Below are positions 9,500-18,107 of a DNA stretch of 64,000 nucleotides, in pieces; positions within the stretch are counted from its first letter, which is position 1; every line of letters begins with the position of its first letter. Below the pieces are notes generated by a model, which was not told the origin of the DNA, did not search any database, and worked only from the letters and a program-made list of their open reading frames with translations. Source of the DNA: Chthoniobacterales bacterium (lineage in GTDB: Bacteria; Verrucomicrobiota; Verrucomicrobiia; Chthoniobacterales; Chthoniobacteraceae); contig JBBQZX010000007.1 of the NCBI GenBank assembly GCA_038207335.1, forward strand, positions 96,001 to 160,000, given 5' to 3'. The translations under genes were made by a program, and so were the position numbers.

Positions 9500-9527
9500 A
9501 CTTTAACGAGCGACTCGCGTTTCGCAA
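9500..9527 (-). promoter_or_regulatory. Possible internal sigma70-like promoter for ctaD
   Basis: Minus strand reads TTGCGA-16 nt-TAAAGT in the gap upstream of ctaD. Confidence 0.35.
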
Positions 9528-9566
9528 TTGACGGGGTGTCTGCGGCCGATCATTCGGGCGGCGCGG

Positions 9567-10040
9567 TTACTTGGCGGCGGGTTCTTCCTTCCACGCCTTC
9601 AACTCAGGCTCCGTCCACGGTGTCTTTCGATCGGTGAATTTCTTGCGCGCGGCGGCCACGACATCAGCGGCGACGGCAGGCGCGATGTTGCCGAAATTGG
9701 AGCGGACGTAGGTCATCACGGCGGCGATTTTCTCGTCGGTGAGCATGGCTTCTTGGCCCGGCATGATGTTGTTGTAGGGCTTGCCTTCGACGGTCATCGG
9801 CCCGGCGTTTCCTTTCAAGATCATGGCTGCCATGCGCTCGGCAGGGCCATTGACGTATTCGGATTTTGTGAGCGGCGGGAATACTGGCGGGAGGCCGAGC
9901 CCGGTCGGCTGGTGGCACGCGAAGCAGACGGTCATGTAAACGGTCTTGCCCATCGCAACTTGCGCGGGCGGAGCGTCTTGTGCGGAGGCGGTGCTTAAGG
10001 TCGCGGCGACGGCGTAGGCGAGAGCGAGTAGGTTTTTCAT
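9567..10040 (-). CDS. Periplasmic monoheme cytochrome c
   Basis: Signal peptide MKNLLALAYAVAATLSTASA from the ATG at 10040; CFACH; NNIMPG distal Met. Confidence 0.92.
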   Translation of the reverse strand: MKNLLALAYAVAATLSTASAQDAPPAQVAMGKTVYMTVCFACHQPTGLGLPPVFPPLTKSEYVNGPAERMAAMILKGNAGPMTVEGKPYNNIMPGQEAMLTDEKIAAVMTYVRSNFGNIAPAVAADVVAAARKKFTDRKTPWTEPELKAWKEEPAAK

Positions 10041-10053
10041 GGTGGAAAAGTGG

Positions 10054-11544
10054 TTACTGTGCGGGCGCTGGGGCGGCGGGTTCGGGCGCGGCAGGCGCGG
10101 GTGCTGGAATAGCGGGTGGCGCTGTCGGAGGAGGCTGCGAGGCAGGAGCCGGTGGCGCAATAGGCGGGGGTGGTGGCTCCGATTGAGCTGGTGCTGGAGC
10201 CCGTGGAACTGGCGCAGGTACGGGCATCGGAGCAAGGGCTGCTTCGGGCGTTGCCACGGCTGGCGGGATGGTTGGCGCTGCGGGAGCGGGTGTCGCTGGT
10301 ACGGCGGCCTCGGGCGCGGGCGCGGCACCGCCGAATGCTTTCAATTCCGGTTCCGTCCACGGCGTCTTGCGGTCGGCAAATTTCGCTCGCGCCGCCGCGA
10401 CGACGGCCGGCGAGACGGGCGGCGCGGAGTTGCCGAAATTAGCGCGGACGTAGGTCATCACCGCGGCAATCTTGTCATCGGTGAGCATCGCCTCCTGACC
10501 GGGCATCACGTTGTTGAAAGGCTTGCCTTCGACGGTCATCGGTCCGGCGTTCCCTTTCAGGATCATCGCCGCGAAACGCTCTTCAGGCCCGTTCGCGTAC
10601 TCGGACTTCACGAGCGGCGGGAAGACCATCGGCAGGCCGAGGCCTGTCGGCTGGTGGCACGCGAAGCAGACAGTCATATAGACCTGCTTGCCTTGCGCCA
10701 ATTGCGCTGGGTCGGCAGAAGCGGGCGCGGGCATGGCTGCGGGCATTGGGGCTCCTTGAGCGGGAGTTCCAGCAATCAGGGGCGCGGGAGTCTCCGCTGC
10801 GGCAGCGGCAGGCGCGGGTGTGGCTGGCTTGGCTGCAGGCGCTGCACTCGGCGCGGCGTCGGCTTGTTCGTAGTTCGCATCCGCCGGAATTTGGAGTAGT
10901 TGCGCTTCCGTCCATGAGGCCGTCTGGTTCTCGAATTCCTTCTTCGCCGAGGTGACATCGGCCTCGGTCACTTCGGGCGCGGCATTTCCCCACTCCGAGC
11001 GGATGAAGCTCAAAACTGCAGCGATCTTTTTGTCGCTCAGATTCTTTTCCCACGGCGGCATGACGCCATTGAAAATTTGGCCTTCGACATGCACCGGGCC
11101 TTGTAGGCCTTTGAGCAAAATCGCGATCAGCCGCTTCTCGCCACCGAGCGCAAACTCGGACTTTACGAGCGGCGGAAATTGCCCCGGCACACCGAGCCCG
11201 TTTTGCTGGTGGCACGTCACGCAGTTCGCATAGACCGCCTTGCCCTGCTGCGCGAGCGTCAGCGTCGCGGCAGCTTCGGACTTTCCGCCGGCCTTTGCTG
11301 GCAGCGGAAAGAGCGCGGCAGGCGAACTTTCGTATTCGTTGTAGATATTCGACGAAAAACCCCCGTGGAATACGCCGAGGTAAGCACCCGCCCAAAGGAC
11401 TGCGACGCCGCAGACCGCGGTGAGCCACAGTGGGATCGGCGTGACGTTTGCCTTTGGGTCGCCGTGCTCGCGCTGGATGGCGGCATGCACTTCCGTGACG
11501 TCGTCGGTTTCGCGATAGTCGATGCGTTCAGGACCTTCGTTCAT
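10054..11544 (-). CDS. Membrane-anchored diheme cytochrome c (CcoP position) with Pro/Ala-rich linker and tail
   Basis: N-terminal TM PIPLWLTAVCGVAVLWAGAYLG; CVTCH and CFACH hemes, each with an MP motif. Confidence 0.92.
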   Translation of the reverse strand: MNEGPERIDYRETDDVTEVHAAIQREHGDPKANVTPIPLWLTAVCGVAVLWAGAYLGVFHGGFSSNIYNEYESSPAALFPLPAKAGGKSEAAATLTLAQQGKAVYANCVTCHQQNGLGVPGQFPPLVKSEFALGGEKRLIAILLKGLQGPVHVEGQIFNGVMPPWEKNLSDKKIAAVLSFIRSEWGNAAPEVTEADVTSAKKEFENQTASWTEAQLLQIPADANYEQADAAPSAAPAAKPATPAPAAAAAETPAPLIAGTPAQGAPMPAAMPAPASADPAQLAQGKQVYMTVCFACHQPTGLGLPMVFPPLVKSEYANGPEERFAAMILKGNAGPMTVEGKPFNNVMPGQEAMLTDDKIAAVMTYVRANFGNSAPPVSPAVVAAARAKFADRKTPWTEPELKAFGGAAPAPEAAVPATPAPAAPTIPPAVATPEAALAPMPVPAPVPRAPAPAQSEPPPPPIAPPAPASQPPPTAPPAIPAPAPAAPEPAAPAPAQ

Positions 11545-11560
11545 TCTCGGAAATCTTTGG

Positions 11561-12214
11561 TTACTTCGCCGGCGCCAGCGCGCCTTTGACTTCCTTCAAG
11601 GGATGGGTGGAATCGAGCGAAAGGAGGTAAGCGACGAGCTGGCGGGCCTCGGCTTTTGGCACGATCTCGTACCCATCTTTCGTCGCGACATTCAAGGCAT
11701 CGACCGACCGCTGGCCGCTGATCTTCCGCGTCTCGAAAAGGTATCGGTAGGGCGGCATGTTCGACTCATGCACGATCACGGTGGGCTGATAGAGATGGAG
11801 GTAATGCCATGCGGCATCTCGGCGCGCAGGTTTGCGCGGGTCGTTGATGTCTTCGTTGCGCCACTCTTTCGTCCCAACATCGGTCAGGTCCGGGCCGAGC
11901 CGCATGTTACCGAGAAATGTGGGATTTTTATAAATGTAGTCCCGTGCGACGGTGCGCCGAGCTCCCCACCCGCGCTCGATGTCGAGGCCGTTTTGCGGGT
12001 CGCGAATTTGCTGCGAATGGCAGTAGAAGCAACCTTCGGAGGCATAGACCTCGCGGCCTTTGCGGGGATTGTAAACGGGATATACATCGCCCGCGTCTTC
12101 ATCGACCTGCGGCTGGAGCCCGCCCAACTGCACCTGCGGCACGAGCACGAGCGCAAAGCAGGAGATCGCGAACGATCCGAAGATTCCGGCGAAGAGATAG
12201 GATGAGCGGCTCAT
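11561..12214 (-). CDS. ccoO: cbb3-type oxidase subunit II-like monoheme cytochrome c
   Basis: GREVYASEGCFYCHSQQIR, RLGPDL, WHYLHLYQP, SNMPPY match CcoO motifs. Confidence 0.92.
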   Translation of the reverse strand: MSRSSYLFAGIFGSFAISCFALVLVPQVQLGGLQPQVDEDAGDVYPVYNPRKGREVYASEGCFYCHSQQIRDPQNGLDIERGWGARRTVARDYIYKNPTFLGNMRLGPDLTDVGTKEWRNEDINDPRKPARRDAAWHYLHLYQPTVIVHESNMPPYRYLFETRKISGQRSVDALNVATKDGYEIVPKAEARQLVAYLLSLDSTHPLKEVKGALAPAK

Positions 12215-13708
12215 TTAATGTTTCTCCTCTCCAGGGACCGCGAAGAGTGTCGGCGCGCCGCCCGGTTGTCCGATCCGCAGCAGCATGAGCAGGAAGTGGA
12301 GCGCGAAGATGATGTGCGCGATGGCTACAAAGCCAATCGCGAGTGTGTGACCGGCGAGATAGACTTGGCCGATGCCGATGACTTGGGTGAAGGTCGCCTC
12401 CGGATCGATCATCGCAAGGCCGGCGGCGAGACCGGAGAAGGCAAGCATGGCGATGAGGACTCCGCCGCCGTAAGCCGCTCCCCAGAAGTGGAGCTTGATG
12501 AGTGTGGAGGAAAGCCACTCGCAGCCGACGAGACGCGGCGTGATGTAATAGATCGCGCCGAACATGATCATCGAGAAGAACGCGTAGATGACCAGTTGAT
12601 GCTGCGCGGCTTGGAACTGCGTGAAGTGGACGATGCTATCGACGCTTCGGAGCGAGGTGAGGATTCCCACGACACTGGCGACCGCAAAAGCCACGGTGCC
12701 AAAGTAGGTGAAGCGGATGGTGGGAGAGTAATAGACCATCTGCGTGTGGCCGCGCATCGTGAAGATGAGGTTGGTCGTCACGGTTGCGATGGGCACGAGC
12801 ATCATGAGGCTCGCCGCGATGCTCACGGTCGCGAGCCATGCGGGGATCGGGCCACCGCTGAGACGCACCATCGCGGTGAGTCCGCCGAAAAGTGCAAATG
12901 TCCAGAAGCCGATAGTCGCGAGGTTGTAGCTGTAGATCGGCGTGTTGACGACTTTCGGAATGAGGTAGTAGGCCGCGGCCAGACCGATGGCGGTGAACCA
13001 CAGGACGAGGATACTTTGCGAATACCACGCGGCGACGACGCTCTGCATGACTCCTTGGAGCTGTGGCAAGCCGTTTAGGAGCTGCGCGACGCCGAAGAGC
13101 CACGGGAACCAGAAGAAGGCGCCGAGCAGATACCAGACAGAAATATAGACGGGCGATTTGCGGCGGAAGCGGTAAAGGATCGCGCCCCACAGACCGACGA
13201 GGACGTATCCTAGGAACATGATCGCCGCCGCGGCACGGGGGATCTCCATGCCTTCGATGCCGGAGGTTTTACCAGCGAGGATGCAGAGGATGCCGATGAC
13301 TAGGCCGAGATTCCAAAGCAACGCGCCGAAAACGAGAAAGCCAGGGTAGCGGATGGAGACGCGACAGAGTCGCGACATGAGCCAGATGCCGACGCCCATT
13401 CCAGCGAGGCTGGCCCAGCCGTAGGTCAGGGTGAGATTGTAAGCCGGGGCGATGCGGCCGTACGTGAGCCACGAGCAATCGGCGAGGAAGCCGGGGTGGT
13501 GGAGCTTCACCGAGGTGATGAAGCCGAACACGGTGGAGAGGAGGAGCCAGCCGATCGCGGTGGTGAAGAAGAGCAGCACCGGGCCCGCTGCGGCGGCGTC
13601 GATCGTCGCGCGTTCTATGGATACTTTGGCCTTCGCCGCTTGGGCGGGCACGGCCTCGATCGCGACGGCCGTTGTCGGTTTGATTTCTGGAGCGGCGACG
13701 GCGGTCAT
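12215..13708 (-). CDS. cbb3-type oxidase subunit I-like (CcoN-fold) protein lacking heme/CuB histidines
   Basis: Scaffold motifs WLTYGR, E..E, YISVWY, YYLIPK..PIYSY, HFTQ, LHFW are kept; ligand His positions are substituted. Frame is intact and coupled to its neighbours. Confidence 0.9.
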   Translation of the reverse strand: MTAVAAPEIKPTTAVAIEAVPAQAAKAKVSIERATIDAAAAGPVLLFFTTAIGWLLLSTVFGFITSVKLHHPGFLADCSWLTYGRIAPAYNLTLTYGWASLAGMGVGIWLMSRLCRVSIRYPGFLVFGALLWNLGLVIGILCILAGKTSGIEGMEIPRAAAAIMFLGYVLVGLWGAILYRFRRKSPVYISVWYLLGAFFWFPWLFGVAQLLNGLPQLQGVMQSVVAAWYSQSILVLWFTAIGLAAAYYLIPKVVNTPIYSYNLATIGFWTFALFGGLTAMVRLSGGPIPAWLATVSIAASLMMLVPIATVTTNLIFTMRGHTQMVYYSPTIRFTYFGTVAFAVASVVGILTSLRSVDSIVHFTQFQAAQHQLVIYAFFSMIMFGAIYYITPRLVGCEWLSSTLIKLHFWGAAYGGGVLIAMLAFSGLAAGLAMIDPEATFTQVIGIGQVYLAGHTLAIGFVAIAHIIFALHFLLMLLRIGQPGGAPTLFAVPGEEKH

Positions 13709-14199
13709 TTTTTGGTCTCGATGGGAGCGGGAAGAGCGGCGGGCGCGGCAGCGGCGGCAGGTGACGGGGCAGTCTCAAAGCGAATGGTATCCGCGCCTTG
13801 CGGGGATGACGGGAGCGCGGGTGGCGCGGGCTCTTTGGCGTCGGGGTCGTAGGGCGCAGGCATCGGGAGCGCGGGCTCGACTTTGACTTGGGAAGCCGCG
13901 GGTTTCTTGGAGTTCAGTTCGGCAAGCACGAGCTTGCGGGCATCGGCGAGCGGGATGTGCGCGACTCCTTTCGCCTTGTCCACCCAGCCAACGGTGCCGA
14001 GGCGTTCGTCGTCGGCTTTTTGAAGCGCTTCGCGCTTCTCGATGCGAGCGGCGGCACGATTGTCTTCGACCTGGCCGAGAGGGGCGCCGTTTCTCGCCCA
14101 GATACAGACTACGAGGGCGAAGATAATGAAGAAGAAGATCGCCCAAACGAAGGTCAGGAAACCGCTGGGCTTGGCATGAGGTGTTTCTTCGATCGTCAT
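13705..14199 (-). CDS. actG: Alternative complex III subunit G-like
   Basis: One TM helix; GWVDKAKGVAHIPLADA motif; lies directly after actF. Confidence 0.72.
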   Translation of the reverse strand: MTIEETPHAKPSGFLTFVWAIFFFIIFALVVCIWARNGAPLGQVEDNRAAARIEKREALQKADDERLGTVGWVDKAKGVAHIPLADARKLVLAELNSKKPAASQVKVEPALPMPAPYDPDAKEPAPPALPSSPQGADTIRFETAPSPAAAAAPAALPAPIETKK

Positions 14200-14200
14200 G

Positions 14201-15403
14201 TCAGTTGGTCAGTTTGATAGACGCTGCGAGCCGCGGGTCGCGGGTGGGGAAGAGATAGGTCGCCCCGAGGTTTTTGAAAAACAGCCACACGAGGATCGCG
14301 CCGATTCCAACGAGCGGGAGCAGGTCGAAAACGCTGGGTGATGCGCCTGTCGAGTGCAGCGCGGGGAGGACGACGACGTAGATGTCGATCATGTGGATGA
14401 AGAGAATCCAGCCGGCGACCATGCAGAGGTAGCGCGGCTTTTTCTTTGTCCACTGAAGTAGCAAAACTGGGAAAGGCAGGAAGAATCGTCCGACTACGAG
14501 CAGGGTGCTAAAATACCACCAGCTGTTGGTGTTGCGAATCTGGAAGTAGATCGTCTCTTCCGGGATATTCGCATACCAGATGAGCATGTACTGGCTGAAG
14601 CCGATGTAGGCCCAAAAAATGGTGAAGGTGAGCATGAACTTGCCCATGATGTGGTAGTGCTCGAGCGTGACCACGTTCAGATGCCCGCGAATCTTTAGCC
14701 AAGTGATGATGAGCACGAGCAGGGACATGGAGCTGCCCGCTGCACCGGCGAAGAGATAGACACCCCACATGGTCGAGAACCAGTGGTAGTTCAGGCTCAT
14801 CAACCAATCGACTCCAGAGAATGTGATGCCGAGAGCTACAGCGAAAATGCCCGCGACTCCCAACTTCCGCATCGCAAAACTATGCCTCGCCGCTCCATCT
14901 TTGTCTTGGAGAGTAGAGTGGCGCTTGAGTCCGAATGCGATGCCTCCGAGAGCAAGGAAATAAACGGCGGCGCGGATAAGGAAGAACGGCTTCGAGAGGT
15001 ACGGCTGCTTGGCGTCCAGTAACGGATCGATGCCCGGGCTAAGGTTCCACCATTTAAACAGGATGCCAGCGCAGAGCAGGATCGGGATGAAGAACAGGAC
15101 GAAGTACGGGATAAGGCTCGCGACGTTTTCCAACTGTCGCCGGACGACGACCGACCACTCCGCATCGGTGGCGTGATGGAGGCAAATCCAGAAAAGCGTC
15201 CCAACGCAAATCGTGAAGAAGTAGGTGAAGGCGAAGAGCCATGAGAACGCGAACTGCGGACGCCAGCCGGGGACGATGAGACCAATGAAGCTCAACAGGA
15301 TCGCGACCGCGCCGACGCCGAGCAAGATAGTCGGCAGGCCACCGAGTTTCTTGATATCGAACTTCTCGGCTACGGGAACAGGAGTGTCGTGTGAGTCGCT
15401 CAT
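14201..15403 (-). CDS. actF: Alternative complex III subunit F
   Basis: Polytopic; DWLMSL..WFSTMWG, FWAYIGFSQYMLIWYANIPEE, PTRDPRL motifs. Confidence 0.93.
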   Translation of the reverse strand: MSDSHDTPVPVAEKFDIKKLGGLPTILLGVGAVAILLSFIGLIVPGWRPQFAFSWLFAFTYFFTICVGTLFWICLHHATDAEWSVVVRRQLENVASLIPYFVLFFIPILLCAGILFKWWNLSPGIDPLLDAKQPYLSKPFFLIRAAVYFLALGGIAFGLKRHSTLQDKDGAARHSFAMRKLGVAGIFAVALGITFSGVDWLMSLNYHWFSTMWGVYLFAGAAGSSMSLLVLIITWLKIRGHLNVVTLEHYHIMGKFMLTFTIFWAYIGFSQYMLIWYANIPEETIYFQIRNTNSWWYFSTLLVVGRFFLPFPVLLLQWTKKKPRYLCMVAGWILFIHMIDIYVVVLPALHSTGASPSVFDLLPLVGIGAILVWLFFKNLGATYLFPTRDPRLAASIKLTN

Positions 15404-16089
15404 TGCTTCTTTTCCTGCTGCAATTCTTTCTGCTGCGCCTCGGATAGATCGGCGAGCTTCGCATTTTGGCTGCGCTGGAGCGTGCGCAGGTAGCTCACGA
15501 TGGCCCAGCGATCTTCCACCGCGATCTGCGGACCGTAGGCACCCATCGTGTTCTTGCCGTTGGTGATCGTGCTAAAAATCTGACCGTCGGGCATCGTGCG
15601 GATTCGCTCGTCTTGCAGGTTTGCCACCGTGGCCCAGTTGCCGATTTGCTGGACGATTCCGTTGCCCATGGCGGTGTGGCCGTGGCAGACGGCGCAGTTG
15701 ATGTCGAAGCGCTGCTGGCCTCGCTGTATCAGCTTGTCGGTGACTTCGAGCGGGAAACCGTCGCCATAGACGTCGCCGAACTTGCCGGTGTTGTAATAGT
15801 CGGGCTGGTTGCTGAATCCCTCCTGCGCGAGCGTTCCGTTCTTTGCTCCGGCTTGAAGGTATCGGCCCGGCAGGCTGTAGCCGATCGGCACCGTTCCGGC
15901 GACGGGTTTGCGCTCGGCACTGCCGTCAGCGAAGAAGCCGCTCGTGTGCTGTGGCTGATACTTTGGCTGACGATCCATGTCCGGGAAAATCTCGAGCGGA
16001 GGCAGCTCGCTCTTTGCGCCGCGGAAGCCGGCGAGGGCGATCACCGCGCAGGTTATTAAGAGAAATGAGGCGAAGAAATAACGAAGCAT
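15400..16089 (-). CDS. actE: Alternative complex III subunit E (monoheme cytochrome c)
   Basis: PDMDRQPK, PVAGTVP, RGQQRFDINCAVCHG, DRWAIVSY motifs. Confidence 0.93.
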   Translation of the reverse strand: MLRYFFASFLLITCAVIALAGFRGAKSELPPLEIFPDMDRQPKYQPQHTSGFFADGSAERKPVAGTVPIGYSLPGRYLQAGAKNGTLAQEGFSNQPDYYNTGKFGDVYGDGFPLEVTDKLIQRGQQRFDINCAVCHGHTAMGNGIVQQIGNWATVANLQDERIRTMPDGQIFSTITNGKNTMGAYGPQIAVEDRWAIVSYLRTLQRSQNAKLADLSEAQQKELQQEKKQ

Positions 16090-16102
16090 GTGGCCTTAGT
16101 TT

Positions 16103-16648
16103 CTAGTCGTGGATGAGGGTCACGTGCTTGCCGCCGATGCCTTCGAGAAGCTCGCGAGTCTTGGACTCCGAGAACTTCGGATCACGGGCTTCGATGACGA
16201 CGAAGAAGCCATCGTCGGTCGCGCGCTTGAAGCGCTCCCAGTTAAAGACCGGATGATACCACTTCGGCAGTTGGTTCATGATGAGCAGCGCGAAGACTGT
16301 GGCGAATGCCGAGCAAAGGATCGTGAGCTCGAAGAAGATCGGGAAAAAGGCGGGGACCGTGCGCCAATCGAACGGCTTGCCATGCACGATGAGCGGGTAA
16401 ATTCCCCACGAAGGAATGAAGGTGAGGCAAACTGCGGTGAGCAGACCGGTGATTCCGCCGCAAAGGACCGCAGCGGAAAGCCATGACTTGCCGAGACCCA
16501 TCGCGCTGTCCATGCCATGCACGGGAAATGGGGAGTGGACATCCCAGCGTTTGAAGCCGGCGTCGCGCACTTTTTCAGCGGCGATCATGAGGTCGGCGGC
16601 TGTGTCGAACTCCGCGCCCAATCCATATACTTTACGGTATTCAGCCAT
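16103..16648 (-). CDS. actD: Alternative complex III subunit D (DUF3341)
   Basis: DVHSPFPVHGMD, GKP..PAFFPIFFELTIL, ATDDGF motifs. Confidence 0.95.
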   Translation of the reverse strand: MAEYRKVYGLGAEFDTAADLMIAAEKVRDAGFKRWDVHSPFPVHGMDSAMGLGKSWLSAAVLCGGITGLLTAVCLTFIPSWGIYPLIVHGKPFDWRTVPAFFPIFFELTILCSAFATVFALLIMNQLPKWYHPVFNWERFKRATDDGFFVVIEARDPKFSESKTRELLEGIGGKHVTLIHD

Positions 16649-16658
16649 GTCGTTTGAC

Positions 16659-18107
16659 TTAGGAATGGTGAGCGTTTGTGCCGACGCCGGAACCGGGCTT
16701 GCGTTGATGCGGGTCAGCTTCTGGAGTGACGATTTTAACCTCGGACATCGCGATCATCGGGAGGAAGCGCATGAAGAGTAGGAAGAGAGTCAAAAAGATG
16801 CCGAAGGTGCCGACGAAGGTCCAAATTTCGACCCATGAAGGCGAGTAGTGCCGCCACGAGGACGGCAGGAAATCCTGAGCCAGCGAGGTTACGATGATGA
16901 CGAATCGCTCGAACCACATGCCAGTATTGACGAACATGCAGACGATGAAGACGACGATGTAGTTCGACCGTGCCCATTTCAGCCAGAAAATCTGCGGCGA
17001 AAGGACGTTGCATGTCATCATGCAATAGTAGGCCCATGAGTACCAGCCGGAGTTGTTGATGCCGATGCGTGCATGGAAGAAGGTAAACATCTCGAACTTG
17101 TTCGCGCTATACCACGCGATGAAGAGTTCCATCAGATACGCGTATCCGACGATGCTGCCTGTCAGCAGGATGATCTTCGCCATTTTATCGACATGCTGAC
17201 GGGTCAGGAGATCGTCGAGCTGCGGATAAAGAAGCCTGGCCGGAAGCAGGATGGTGAGCACCATTGCGAAGCCGCCGAAGATTGCGCCCGCGACGAAGTA
17301 AGGCGGGAAGATGGTGGTGTGCCAGCCGGGTAGGATGGATGTGGCAAAGTCGAAGGAGACGACGGAATGCACGGAGAGCACGAGCGGAGTGCTGATGCCG
17401 GCCAGGATGAGATAGGCCATCTCGTAGTGGCGCCATTGGCGGTTCGAGCCGCGCCAGCCCAAGGCGAAGATGCCGTAGAGGTAGCGGGAGACGCGGTTTT
17501 TCGCGCGGTCGCGCAAGGTCGCGAGATCGGGGACGAGGCCGGTATACCAGAAGAGGACGGAGACGGTGAAGTAGGTCGAGACTGCAAAGACGTCCCAGAG
17601 CAGCGGAGAGCGGAAGTTTGGCCAGATGGCGTTGCCGTTCGGAACGGGTGCCAGAAACCACGCCATCCAAACACGACCGACGTGGATGCCGGGGAAGATG
17701 CCGGCGCAGACGACGGCGAAGAGCGTCATGGCCTCGGAGGCGCGGTTGATGGAGGTGCGCCACTTTTGCCGGGTCAGGAAAAGCACGGCGGAAATGAGCG
17801 TGCCGGCGTGGCCGATGCCGATCCAGAAGACGAAGTTCGTGATGTCCCACGCCCAGCCGACGGTCTTGTTTTCCCCCCACATACCGACGCCGTTGGAGAT
17901 TTGCAGGCCGATACAGAAGAGGCCGAAGAGCGCAACCGGGGTCGTGATCAGCATCGCGAGCCACCACCAGAGCGGGGTGCGCGATTCGACGATGCTCGAG
18001 ACATTGTCTGAAATCCACGAGAGCGAGCGGTCGTTCTGCACCAACGGAACTTTGACGAGTTCCGGCTGAGTCGTGAGGGAAACTGTGGGGGCGTCGGCTT
18101 CAGTCAT
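16659..18107 (-). CDS. actC: Alternative complex III subunit C (NrfD family quinol-oxidising subunit)
   Basis: [65 protein letters not shown] motifs. Confidence 0.97.
   Translation of the reverse strand: MTEADAPTVSLTTQPELVKVPLVQNDRSLSWISDNVSSIVESRTPLWWWLAMLITTPVALFGLFCIGLQISNGVGMWGENKTVGWAWDITNFVFWIGIGHAGTLISAVLFLTRQKWRTSINRASEAMTLFAVVCAGIFPGIHVGRVWMAWFLAPVPNGNAIWPNFRSPLLWDVFAVSTYFTVSVLFWYTGLVPDLATLRDRAKNRVSRYLYGIFALGWRGSNRQWRHYEMAYLILAGISTPLVLSVHSVVSFDFATSILPGWHTTIFPPYFVAGAIFGGFAMVLTILLPARLLYPQLDDLLTRQHVDKMAKIILLTGSIVGYAYLMELFIAWYSANKFEMFTFFHARIGINNSGWYSWAYYCMMTCNVLSPQIFWLKWARSNYIVVFIVCMFVNTGMWFERFVIIVTSLAQDFLPSSWRHYSPSWVEIWTFVGTFGIFLTLFLLFMRFLPMIAMSEVKIVTPEADPHQRKPGSGVGTNAHHS

Noticed and set aside
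10054..10330. Low-complexity GC-rich repeats
   Set aside because: Explained by the Pro/Ala-rich protein tail, not a DNA repeat element.
12215..13708. Functional cbb3 oxidase, or alternatively a pseudogene
   Set aside because: No ligand histidines, so it is not a functional oxidase. The frame is intact with scaffold motifs kept, so it is not called a pseudogene.
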